A stretch of 25,587 bases of DNA from contig DAIDJN010000010.1 in assembly GCA_027451365.1 (NCBI GenBank), positions 1 to 25,587 on the forward strand, in the 5' to 3' direction. A program made the translations under genes and the position numbers. Of this stretch, positions 14,362-22,844 are shown piece by piece. Under the pieces are notes generated by a model that was not told the origin of the DNA, ran no database searches, and saw nothing but the letters and a program-made list of their open reading frames with translations. This DNA comes from Phycisphaerales bacterium. GTDB lineage: Bacteria; Planctomycetota; Phycisphaerae; WQYP01. The first letter of the stretch is position 1; every line of letters begins with the position of its first letter.

Positions 14362-15263
14362 TGGGAATTGAAGGCCGTGGCCGAAGTCGCGTGGATTTAT
14401 TCAACTTTTCATTTTTGGATGTGCTGGCATGCACGATTGGGCTACTTATTTTCATTATGACCATTATCGCGATTACGAGCAGTGCACCGAGCAATCAAAA
14501 AGCGGAAGCTAAGCTTGCCAAGATAAATCGGATGCTGAAACGCAACCAGGCCCGGCTTGCGCAGGTGCAGATTGTTGAAAACAATTACGCAGGCCAGTTG
14601 AGGGAAAGGGCTGCCCAGACAATGAATCTGGCGGGGGCGAACAACCATTTGCGTCATAAGATTGCAGAGTTGGTGCGCCAGTCGAAGGAATATGTGGAAC
14701 TGGCCATTCAAACCAAGGGCAAGATAGCCATGGCGCGAAAGCGGTTGGCCAAGGCCAGGTCTTTAAATAACCCAACAAAGGCGGCAAAACTTCATCAGGC
14801 CGTCATGCTTACCCAAGAACAGGTCACGGCGATACAAAAGCAAATTGCAGCCCTCGTAAAATTGAGAACTGATTATGCGGCTCGCTATTATATTCCCGTC
14901 AGGAGCAAGACCAAGCGGTCTGATCTAATGTTCGAGGTCGGCAAAAACAAGATATGGCGGATTGGCCATAAAGATTTCCATTTTAAGGCACTTTTTTTGT
15001 TGAATAGCTGCGAATGGACTCGGCGCGCAAATGCTGTACCCAAAACGCTGGCGGAGTTCATTTCCGCGAAGCATCCGCCGCAGTGCCTGGCGAATCGTCG
15101 CCCGACTCGCATGCTGTTACGCTTTTTCGTCAGGCCTGGTGGTTTTAGTACTTACCGGTCAATAGAGATTTGGGCTCGCAACAAAAAATATGCCGTGAAT
15201 TGGTATCCGGGAAATTACGGTCGCACATTAGACTTTACCTTCGGATCGGTGTCGCGCCAATAG
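14361..15263 (+). CDS. ExbD/TolR/MotB-like subunit 2, paralog of the preceding gene
   Basis: DLFNFSFLDVLACTIGLLIFIMTII is nearly identical to the TM of the preceding gene. TAATG stop/start overlap. C-terminal FFVRPGGFSTY...VNWYP parallels FWINTGGISAF...YGYEP. Confidence 0.75.
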   Translation: MGIEGRGRSRVDLFNFSFLDVLACTIGLLIFIMTIIAITSSAPSNQKAEAKLAKINRMLKRNQARLAQVQIVENNYAGQLRERAAQTMNLAGANNHLRHKIAELVRQSKEYVELAIQTKGKIAMARKRLAKARSLNNPTKAAKLHQAVMLTQEQVTAIQKQIAALVKLRTDYAARYYIPVRSKTKRSDLMFEVGKNKIWRIGHKDFHFKALFLLNSCEWTRRANAVPKTLAEFISAKHPPQCLANRRPTRMLLRFFVRPGGFSTYRSIEIWARNKKYAVNWYPGNYGRTLDFTFGSVSRQ

Positions 15264-15373
15264 ATTTTTTGGGCAGAAGCGGCATTCGCGGTGGATTGTG
15301 GATGTGGCGGGCGACGGTTTCACGCACCTGCCAAGCTACTACGCACCGTTTCATGGCATAACGGGGGCGAGGC

Positions 15374-15428
15374 AATTGAGAATGGCGAAATTTAGCGTTT
15401 CAAATTTTTAGAATTGAAAAATGGCGAA
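15374..15428 (+). repeat. Imperfect direct repeat in a convergent intergenic region
   Basis: aattgagaatggcgaa (15374-15389) and aattgaaaaatggcgaa (15412-15428). Confidence 0.5.
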
Positions 15429-15579
15429 TTCGTTGCGGGGTAGCGCTGCGGTTTATTCCCAATGGTCGGCTTCTGTCGCGCTGGGATTCCGCCCTGTGGT
15501 CAACCGCAGAGCGGGTGACAGGAGCGACTATATCGCAGGGAATCGCTGGGGATTGGCGTACGGAACGCCGGTAAAGGAA

Positions 15580-17472
15580 TTACCGGCTGGCGGGCGGGGC
15601 GGTTCTTTGCCATACACGCACGCGCCAAGGCGAGAAAAAGTAATACCGCCATTGGAAATACCAGCGGAATCGCTTGACAGCCACGAGTTTCCAGCCGGGG
15701 CCCAGCCGATGGCTGATGGCGGAAGTGCTAAGGTCGCCGGTATGCACATCCCCGAAGCGGTCTGCCAGAACCAGAGTGTGAATTTTGGGGTTATGGCGGG
15801 CCATATTGATGGTTCGCAGCCAGGCGATGGACCAGTCCGGCAGAAGAGTATAGGCGGGAAAATCTGCATATTGGCGAGGATCCAGCCCCCAGACGTTGTT
15901 GTCAGGCAGTATGCGCACATGGCGCAATTGAAGAAAGGAAATGGCCGGGTCATCAAAGGCATGATTGGTTTTGGAATAGGCTATAAACATTCCGCCCTGA
16001 TCTTTCGGATTGTAATATTTAATCGCCACGCGGTTGACGAATCGCCATGGCTCACCACGACAGATTGTAGAATTGGTAAGGGATGATGCGGTCATAACCA
16101 GCAATACCAGAGCAATCACGGTCCAGCGGAAATAGCGGAAGGGAAGTCGGGCCAGCGAAGCGCCCAGCCACAATACCCAGGCGATGGTCAGAAACCCCAT
16201 GTAACGCGGAAGCCAGAAAATAAAATGCGGGAACAGCGACCACGGGTCTTTGGCGGGAAGCGAAGCCAATCCAAAATAAATCATGGGGAGTGCCAGCCAG
16301 ATCAGCACTTGCCACCATCGCCCGGCTCCACGGCGTTCCGCGTCGGCCAGCGTTTTGAGGTTCTGGCGACCGGTTTTGGTCAGCCGCTGCCAGGGAAAAA
16401 GCCCCAGCAGCATAATGGCGAAAAGTCCCCATGCCACCGCAAATTCCACCGTTGAAATAAGCGGCAACGTACGCGTGGCCAAATGCGGCTGATAGAGCGG
16501 CCCGAGTTCAAACCAACTGATCATTCGCGGTGTCGGCAGCGCGGAGGGCCATAAATATCCGAGAAGATCAATCGTTGGCAAGCCAAGAACCGCCCTGTAA
16601 TTCATTCCATTGAACCAGCTTACCCACTGAAGATTTCCAGCCGTGTGATGAAACAAGACACCCTGAAACCAACCGCTTTTCCGGGTATACCACCAGGCGG
16701 TGAAACAGCCCGCCGCACCGGCGGATGTCAGCCACAAAGGAATATCCCAGGCGCGCATACGCGGTTTTGCGACCAGCCAGATCAATTGGATCGGAAGCAG
16801 AAAAAGCCCCATGAAATCCATTCCCACCATGCACAGCAGGCTGAGCAGATATAACAGGCCCCAGGGGAAGTGTCGCCCCCCCTGCCATCGCAAAAACAGA
16901 GCCATATTCAGCGTGACAAAAAAATAAAATGCGCTGTACATTTTCAGATCGCGGCTGTAATAGACGAAAAACGGATTGACCGCCACCAGCAGCATGATCA
17001 GAAGCGCTGTGCGGCGCCCGGTAAACTGTCGCGCCAGAAAATAGGCCGCCGGCACATTAAGCCAGCCCAAAAACGCACCCGGGAACCGCAGGACCGATGC
17101 GGTAAAAATGGTGCCCCATGGCTGGTGAAAGACATGATGGAGCAGTTGCACCCATCCCCACAGAAGCATATACCAACCTGGCGGAAAGCCCTGGCCCTGA
17201 AGCATTTGAAAAATGAACTGGAAACTGCCGCTGACGCGAATGGTGGTGGCCGTTTCATCACACCAGAAAGACTGGTAACTCAATCGCCAGAACCGCAGGA
17301 AAGCGCCAAGGGCAAGGATGAAGGCAAACGAAGACCAGAACCGCACGCCCGGCCGCCGCAGGAAATTTCGACAGCGCACAGCCGCGCCTGTTTGGCTGGA
17401 TTGTGGAGTTTCATTGTTTGCGGGCGACCGAACCTGATTCGACCCGTCCGCCGTTGACAAAATTGCACGCAT
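15580..17472 (-). CDS. GT-C fold glycosyltransferase (GT39/GT83, PMT/ArnT-like) polytopic membrane protein
   Basis: LRFWRLSYQSFWCDE (acidic DE motif after TM1), PPGWY, LRFPGAFLG and NPFFVYYSRDLKMYS motifs, plus many TM segments. The true start may lie further downstream. Confidence 0.85.
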   Translation of the reverse strand: MRAILSTADGSNQVRSPANNETPQSSQTGAAVRCRNFLRRPGVRFWSSFAFILALGAFLRFWRLSYQSFWCDETATTIRVSGSFQFIFQMLQGQGFPPGWYMLLWGWVQLLHHVFHQPWGTIFTASVLRFPGAFLGWLNVPAAYFLARQFTGRRTALLIMLLVAVNPFFVYYSRDLKMYSAFYFFVTLNMALFLRWQGGRHFPWGLLYLLSLLCMVGMDFMGLFLLPIQLIWLVAKPRMRAWDIPLWLTSAGAAGCFTAWWYTRKSGWFQGVLFHHTAGNLQWVSWFNGMNYRAVLGLPTIDLLGYLWPSALPTPRMISWFELGPLYQPHLATRTLPLISTVEFAVAWGLFAIMLLGLFPWQRLTKTGRQNLKTLADAERRGAGRWWQVLIWLALPMIYFGLASLPAKDPWSLFPHFIFWLPRYMGFLTIAWVLWLGASLARLPFRYFRWTVIALVLLVMTASSLTNSTICRGEPWRFVNRVAIKYYNPKDQGGMFIAYSKTNHAFDDPAISFLQLRHVRILPDNNVWGLDPRQYADFPAYTLLPDWSIAWLRTINMARHNPKIHTLVLADRFGDVHTGDLSTSAISHRLGPGWKLVAVKRFRWYFQWRYYFFSPWRVRVWQRTAPPASR

Positions 17473-17535
17473 GAAATACTAACGCCGCTGACGGCAGTTT
17501 GTTGTCAATTTAAATAGTTCCGGCGTAACTTTTTT

Positions 17536-18054
17536 TCAGGCCGAATCGCGCGTCAGCACCGGATAGTTCTCCCGTTCGCCTAAACCAGTAACCGGGTAAT
17601 CTTTCCGAAGGGCGTGCGGCTTAAAGCCTTCCCAGGTAAGCACCCGCCGCAAATCCGGATGGCCGGTAAAACGGACCCCGAACATATCCCACACTTCCCG
17701 TTCCATCCATTCAGCACCGGCATAAAGCGGCACAAGCGAATCGACTTCCAATTCATCTTCGGCAAGGAATACACGCAGAATCAGGCGAGGCAAACCCGCC
17801 CCGACGCTCGTTAAATTATAGACCATTCCGAAGCGCGGCTTGTCCCAACCGGGAAAGTTCAGATAATCAACACAGGTAATATCGCAGAGCATGTCGTATT
17901 GAAGGGTGGGTTCGTCGCGCAGGAACCGAATAATCTCCATCAGGCTGGCGCGGGGAATGGCGATCTGCACCTGACCATGAAATTCTGAACCCTTTAGTGA
18001 AAGGGTGGGAAACTTCGCCTTAAGCGCTTTGGCGGCGGGGTGATCCAGTACCAT
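17536..18054 (-). CDS. nuoC: NADH-quinone oxidoreductase subunit C
   Basis: Hallmark motifs LCDITCVDY, AEWMEREVWDMFGVRFTGHPDLRR and HALRKDYP. GAGG RBS. Confidence 0.95.
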   Translation of the reverse strand: MVLDHPAAKALKAKFPTLSLKGSEFHGQVQIAIPRASLMEIIRFLRDEPTLQYDMLCDITCVDYLNFPGWDKPRFGMVYNLTSVGAGLPRLILRVFLAEDELEVDSLVPLYAGAEWMEREVWDMFGVRFTGHPDLRRVLTWEGFKPHALRKDYPVTGLGERENYPVLTRDSA

Positions 18055-18140
18055 GGGAACCTCTTTTTCGCGTTGCCGCGAATATGTCTGTTACAAACGG
18101 CCTGATCCCGGCAACCCGGAATCGGACGGACCAGCAAGGA

Positions 18141-18169
18141 ATTATAGAATAGCCGGGCCAAACCGCCAA
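18141..18169 (-). promoter_or_regulatory. Putative sigma70 promoter of nuoC
   Basis: Minus strand TTGGCG-17 nt-TATAAT, with a consensus -10. Confidence 0.6.
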
Positions 18170-18579
18170 GCCAACGACCAGCGGAAATCGGAAGGGCGGA
18201 AGGATTCTGCCAATATTTGCGGCTATCGTAGATTTGCGGAGCAATAAACGCTTTTCAGAATGAATTTTATGGAGTGTCCGCCGCGCTTTGCGTCGCGTTC
18301 AATCCGGCCACACGAAACGCCCGTGGCGGAGCATGACCTTGGCGCGGCCCGCCGCGGGCGGGGCAATTCACCGGCCGTCGCGGCCAGGCATTATGGCATT
18401 GCCACAAATGACAGGAGCATTGAGCCGGCGAAGGGCGACTGGGTTGCATCGCAAAAAAGCGTTGCATCTTATGGCCGCAACTGACCGCGCGGCGACGCAT
18501 GCCGAAAAGGATGACGGCGAACAAAGCGTTGTGCTGCGGATGAATTGAAATACATTTAGATATGTATATTGTGCATTAA

Positions 18580-18662
18580 TGGGCGCGGCAGGATTCGAAC
18601 CTGCGTAGGCATAAGCCAACGGATTTACAGTCCGTCCCTTTTGGCCGCTCAGGCACACGCCC
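18580..18662 (-). tRNA. tRNA-Tyr (anticodon GTA), 3' CCA not encoded
   Basis: Reverse complement is GGGCGTG TGCCTGAGCGGCCAAAAGGG ACGGA CTGTAAA TCCGT TGGCTTATGCCTAC GCAGG TTCGAAT CCTGC CGCGCCC A. It has an acceptor stem, anticodon stem-loop, long variable arm and T-arm. Confidence 0.97.
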
Positions 18663-18676
18663 CTTCCGGGCCACAT

Positions 18677-18706
18677 ACTATATACGACAATGGAGCGTTT
18701 TCGCAA
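18677..18706 (-). promoter_or_regulatory. Putative promoter of tRNA-Tyr
   Basis: Minus strand TTGCGA-18 nt-TATAGT, 14 nt upstream of the tRNA 5' end. Confidence 0.5.
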
Positions 18707-18779
18707 ACATTCCAAAATGTTTTCGCGACGCGGCGCAGCATCAGGCAGCGCCCCCGCCGCAAACCGCCGCCACGCGGGC

Positions 18780-18808
18780 TTGTTTGTTCCCACCCGCTGT
18801 GCCATAAT
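18780..18808 (+). promoter_or_regulatory. Putative promoter of the pnt operon
   Basis: TTGTTT-17 nt-CATAAT with an extended -10 TG. GGAG RBS before ATG 18841. Confidence 0.5.
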
Positions 18809-18840
18809 CGCGTGCAGGGCAGGTCTGGAGAATCAGGTTT

Positions 18841-19995
18841 ATGATCGTCGTAGCCGTGCGGGAATCTTATCCGGGTGAAAAATGTGTAGCGCTTACTCCG
18901 CAGCGTACGGCGCTTCTGGTGAAGGGCGGTCTGGATGTTCATATTCAAGCCGGCTGCGGCCAGGCTGCGGGCTTTTCTGACGACCAATATCAGAAGCAGG
19001 GTGCAACGGTCATTGCGGATCGAATGGCCGTTCTTTCATCCGCCGATATTCTGGTTCAGCTTCACACGCTGGGTAATGGCGCAGCGGATACCGCGGACAT
19101 TGCGGCGTTAAAACAACATGCACTGATCATCGGGTTTGCCGACCCTTACGCCAATCAGCGCGGAATTGAAGCGCTGGCGACTCGTGGAGTGACCCTTCTG
19201 GCCATGGAACTTCTGCCCCGCATCAGCCGGGCGCAAAGCATGGATGCGCTTTCAGCCATGGCTTCTCTGGCGGGCTACAAGGCCGTGCTGCTGGCGGCGA
19301 ACCATCTGCCTAAAATCTTTCCCATGATGGTCACCGCCGCCGGCACGCTGACCGGTGCAAAAGTTCTGGTGGTGGGTGCTGGCGTCGCGGGTTTACAGGC
19401 AATCGCAACCGCGCGGCGGCTTGGTGCGCAGGTCAGCGGCTACGACGTTCGACCCGCCGTAAAGGAACAGATTCAGAGTCTGGGCGCAAAATTTGTAGAA
19501 CTTCCCCTGGAAAAAAAAGACGCCCAGACCGCCGCCGGCTACGCCGCCGAGCAAAGCGCCGCGGATCAGGCACGCCAGCGGGAATTGATGGCACGTGTGG
19601 TTGCCGAATCGGATGTGGTTGTCAGTACCGCGGCGGTTCCTGGTAAGAAGGCCCCCATACTTCTCACCCGGGAAATGGTTGAAGCAATGATGCCCGGTTC
19701 AATTATTGTGGACCTGGCCGCGTCGCGTGGCGGAAATTGCGAACTCACGCGGCCGGACGAAGTGATGGTGCATGCTGGCGTGACCATTCTAGGCCCCACC
19801 AATCTGCCCGCGACCGTGGCCTGTCACGCCAGTCAGGTATATGCCAATACGGTCGGCAACTTGCTGGGGCTTCTGATAAAAAAAGGTGAATTGCTGTTGA
19901 ATACGGAAGATCAGATTGTTCGCGAGATGCTGGTTCTTAAAAATGGCCGCCTGGAGAATTCGACCGTGCGAAAGGCCTGGGGGATACCCGATTAA
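18841..19995 (+). CDS. pntAA: NAD(P) transhydrogenase subunit alpha part 1 (domain I)
   Basis: PRISRAQSMDALS, VVGAGVAGLQAIATARRLGA, DVRP, VDLAASRGGNCE and GPTNLP motifs. Confidence 0.96.
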   Translation: MIVVAVRESYPGEKCVALTPQRTALLVKGGLDVHIQAGCGQAAGFSDDQYQKQGATVIADRMAVLSSADILVQLHTLGNGAADTADIAALKQHALIIGFADPYANQRGIEALATRGVTLLAMELLPRISRAQSMDALSAMASLAGYKAVLLAANHLPKIFPMMVTAAGTLTGAKVLVVGAGVAGLQAIATARRLGAQVSGYDVRPAVKEQIQSLGAKFVELPLEKKDAQTAAGYAAEQSAADQARQRELMARVVAESDVVVSTAAVPGKKAPILLTREMVEAMMPGSIIVDLAASRGGNCELTRPDEVMVHAGVTILGPTNLPATVACHASQVYANTVGNLLGLLIKKGELLLNTEDQIVREMLVLKNGRLENSTVRKAWGIPD

Positions 19996-20058
19996 GCCAT
20001 GGCAGCCGGGGGCCGCGTGCCCCGCAAGGAAGACCGAAAATTACGGAGAATAGATGTG

Positions 20059-20352
20059 ATGAACAGCAACCTGGAATCGAATCTGTTTGTATTCGCGCTG
20101 GCGGCGTTTCTCGGTTACGAGGTTGTGCGGCGCGTGTCGCCCCAGCTTCACACTCCGCTGATGTCGCTGACCAATGCTATTTCCGCGATTTCTGTAGTCG
20201 GTGCCATTGTGGTTACGGGCGCAGACCACGACTCTCCGCTGGTGCTTACCCTGGCGACAATTGCCGTGGCCTGCGCGATGATCAACGTCATCAGCGGATT
20301 CATGATTACCGACCGAATGCTGAAAATGTTCAAGAAACGCCGCGATAAATAG
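20059..20352 (+). CDS. pntAB: NAD(P) transhydrogenase subunit alpha part 2 (membrane)
   Basis: LHTPLMSLTNAISAI and NVISGFMITDRMLKMFK motifs. Start moved to ATG 20059, downstream of GGAGA. Confidence 0.95.
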   Translation: MNSNLESNLFVFALAAFLGYEVVRRVSPQLHTPLMSLTNAISAISVVGAIVVTGADHDSPLVLTLATIAVACAMINVISGFMITDRMLKMFKKRRDK

Positions 20353-20388
20353 CCCTGTGCGGGCCGCCGTATCATTCTGGAGCGCTCA

Positions 20389-21852
20389 GTGATGTCATTT
20401 CCAGTTCATATGTCTATGCTATCGGCATTGTCGCAAGCCCGCCTGTTGGCCAGTTTACCGGTCAGCGCCGCGGCGCCGGCACACTGGTATGTAGCGCTGG
20501 CAAGCATTCTGGCGGCGATTCTTTTCGTATTTTCCCTTAAATGGCTCAGTTCCCACAAAACGGCGCGCTATGGTGTATGGATGGGGGAAATTGGTATGGC
20601 CGCCGCCATTCTGGCCACACTTTTTCTGCCGCAGGTGCATCATTATGGCTGGATCGCGACGGCTTTTTTGATTGGCGGGGCAATCGGCGTTCCGCTGGCT
20701 CTGTTCACACCCATGACCGCCGTTCCGCAGCAGACGGCGCTTTCTCATGCCTTCGGCGCGCTGGCGGCCGCACTGGTGGGCGTGGCGGAATTTTATCTGC
20801 ATTACCCGCATTTAAGCGCCAGTATGCTGATCAGCATCTGTTTTGAAACGCTGCTCGGCTTTCTGACGTTTACCGGCAGTCTCATGGCGTTTGGAAAATT
20901 ACAGGAAATTCTTCCCACCGCACCGATGGCCTATCGTTTCGGAAATGTGGTGAGTCTGGGTGTTCTGGCCGCGGCCGTGGGTACCGGACTGTTCCTGGTT
21001 ATTCTGCCGCAACACGCAATACTGTTTCCCATTTTTATCGGGCTGGCACTGCTGTTCGGGATCCTGTTAATTGTGCCGATTGGCGGCGGAGATATGCCAA
21101 CGGTTATCGCGCTTCTCAACAGTTATGCGGGGCTTTCCGCGTCGGCGATGGGGTTTGTTATCAACAACAAGCTGCTGATTGTGGCCGGTGCGCTGGAAGG
21201 CTCATCCGGCTTTATTCTTTCCATGATCATGTGCAAGGCGATGAACCGTTCCTTTATCAACGTTCTTTTCGGACAGATGCAGGTCACCACGGCCGTGACA
21301 AAAGATGACATTTACGGCGGCAAAATAAAAACGACCACTCCGGAAGATATTGCCGCGATTCTAGAAGGCGCGCGCCGAATAGTCATTGTTCCCGGTTACG
21401 GGCTGGCTGTGGCCCAGGCGCAGCATGTCACCGGCGAATTGTTCGAACTGTTGGCGGACCGTGGCGCGGAAGTGGAATTTGCCATTCACCCGGTGGCCGG
21501 CCGCATGCCCGGGCACATGAATGTGCTGCTGGCGGAAGCAGATATTCCGTATGACCGGCTGAAGGAAATGGATGAAATTAATTCTCAGTTTGAAAACGTG
21601 GACTTGGTCATTGTCAACGGTGCCAACGACGTGGTGAATCCGGACGCGCGGGACAATCCTGGCAGCCCCATCGCCGGGATGCCCATATTGAATGTGGATA
21701 AAGCTCGCACGGTGGTGGTGATCAAGCGGAGCTTAAGCCCTGGATTTGCCGGAATTCCCAATCCGTTGTTCGCCGCGGATAACTGCCTGATGCTTTTTTC
21801 TGACGGCAAAAAAGCCATGGTGGACATTATTCAGGCGTTGAAAAAGGAATAA
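20389..21852 (+). CDS. pntB: NAD(P) transhydrogenase subunit beta
   Basis: TFTGSLMAFGKLQ, IGGGDMPTVIALLNSY, VPGYGLAVAQAQH, IHPVAGRMPGHMNVLLAEA and GANDVVNP motifs. The exact start is uncertain. Confidence 0.97.
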   Translation: MMSFPVHMSMLSALSQARLLASLPVSAAAPAHWYVALASILAAILFVFSLKWLSSHKTARYGVWMGEIGMAAAILATLFLPQVHHYGWIATAFLIGGAIGVPLALFTPMTAVPQQTALSHAFGALAAALVGVAEFYLHYPHLSASMLISICFETLLGFLTFTGSLMAFGKLQEILPTAPMAYRFGNVVSLGVLAAAVGTGLFLVILPQHAILFPIFIGLALLFGILLIVPIGGGDMPTVIALLNSYAGLSASAMGFVINNKLLIVAGALEGSSGFILSMIMCKAMNRSFINVLFGQMQVTTAVTKDDIYGGKIKTTTPEDIAAILEGARRIVIVPGYGLAVAQAQHVTGELFELLADRGAEVEFAIHPVAGRMPGHMNVLLAEADIPYDRLKEMDEINSQFENVDLVIVNGANDVVNPDARDNPGSPIAGMPILNVDKARTVVVIKRSLSPGFAGIPNPLFAADNCLMLFSDGKKAMVDIIQALKKE

Positions 21853-21899
21853 CCTCCAATTCATACCGATCCACCGGAGCCGCCATGCGGGCGATTCAG

Positions 21900-22844
21900 C
21901 TAAAATCCACTGAAGGTTCCGGGCGCATACACGCGAACCCGCGTGACGCGGCCGGCGCGAAGATTGACCAGACTTGGAATGCCAGGGGTGATGCGCCAGG
22001 TGAACCGATTGCTGAGTTTCAGCCGTAACCAGCTTTTGGGCGCCAGCCGCGCGGGCAAATGTCCCCATGGCGGCAACTGAACCAGAGCAATGCGAATATT
22101 GGCGGGCTTATGCGAGCGGTAATGCCTCGCAAGACTGGCGATCGCCTGTTGGCAGACTGGGCACGCATGGTAATATATAATTACAAGCCAGCGACCCGAA
22201 TTCAGAACTTCCGGATGATGAATAAATCGCGTCACGGGCATTTGGCGTCCATACCATCCGGGGGGCGTGGTGAACAGCAGCCCATGGCCGCCGGTGATTT
22301 GCCCACTGGAATGAAGAAACGCCGGTCGCCAATATTGCCGCCCCCAAATTCCCAGCCAGACCATTCCGACCGCCAGCAGCAGCGCCAGGACGCTGCGAGC
22401 GGAATACAGTTGCCGGCCTTGCAACGGGACCTTTTTTTCCCCGCCCATCGACCAAAGCATGGCCAGCACGACCGCTGCGTCCAGCGTCAGCGTCATCCAT
22501 GGATTGACGCGAACCGGCCCAAAGCATCCGCAAGTTGCGTGGCCGGTCAGGCCGCGCGTGGCCGAAACGCCGGCAAACACGGTGAACATGCAGATAGTCA
22601 CCAGCGCTGCCATGCGTGCCATGCGTCCGGAGACAAGCCACAATCCAACGGCCACTTCCAGCAATATTTCCACCAAATGCCAAAACAGATGGTGTGTGAC
22701 CGTTCCGTTAAAAAGATCAATACTTTTAAGCGCTGAAGCGGCCAGCAGAATAAGGCCGGTCAGGATGGCTGGAATCTGCGCCCGAAGCCTTGGAGTGTTC
22801 GGGCCATGGACCGCTGGCGAGGGCGTGTTGCGTGTTTCCGTCAT
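21900..22844 (-). CDS. MauE/DoxX-family membrane protein fused to a thioredoxin-like CxxC domain
   Basis: ILLAASALK..., EILLEVAVGLWL and CGCFG (MauE-like). C-terminal WLVIIYYHACPVCQ...IPSLV is Trx-fold-like. Confidence 0.75.
   Translation of the reverse strand: MTETRNTPSPAVHGPNTPRLRAQIPAILTGLILLAASALKSIDLFNGTVTHHLFWHLVEILLEVAVGLWLVSGRMARMAALVTICMFTVFAGVSATRGLTGHATCGCFGPVRVNPWMTLTLDAAVVLAMLWSMGGEKKVPLQGRQLYSARSVLALLLAVGMVWLGIWGRQYWRPAFLHSSGQITGGHGLLFTTPPGWYGRQMPVTRFIHHPEVLNSGRWLVIIYYHACPVCQQAIASLARHYRSHKPANIRIALVQLPPWGHLPARLAPKSWLRLKLSNRFTWRITPGIPSLVNLRAGRVTRVRVYAPGTFSGF

Noticed and set aside
12484..15263. Calling these genes canonical exbBD, tolQR or motAB
   Set aside because: There is no TonB-dependent receptor, tolB/pal or flagellar context, and no OmpA-like peptidoglycan-binding motif. 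The architectures are atypical, so no gene symbols were assigned.
15421..16086. 221-aa plus-strand ORF
   Set aside because: It mostly overlaps the glycosyltransferase on the opposite strand and has no recognisable motifs.
18580..18605. tRNA-Tyr 3' end as an integration (att) site for the accessory locus
   Set aside because: I found no duplicate of the tRNA 3' end and no integrase in the window, and housekeeping nuoC lies between the tRNA and the locus.
18368..18987. Several ORFs (145, 91 and 112 aa) around 18.4-19.0 kb
   Set aside because: They overlap tRNA-Tyr, promoters or pntAA and are spurious.
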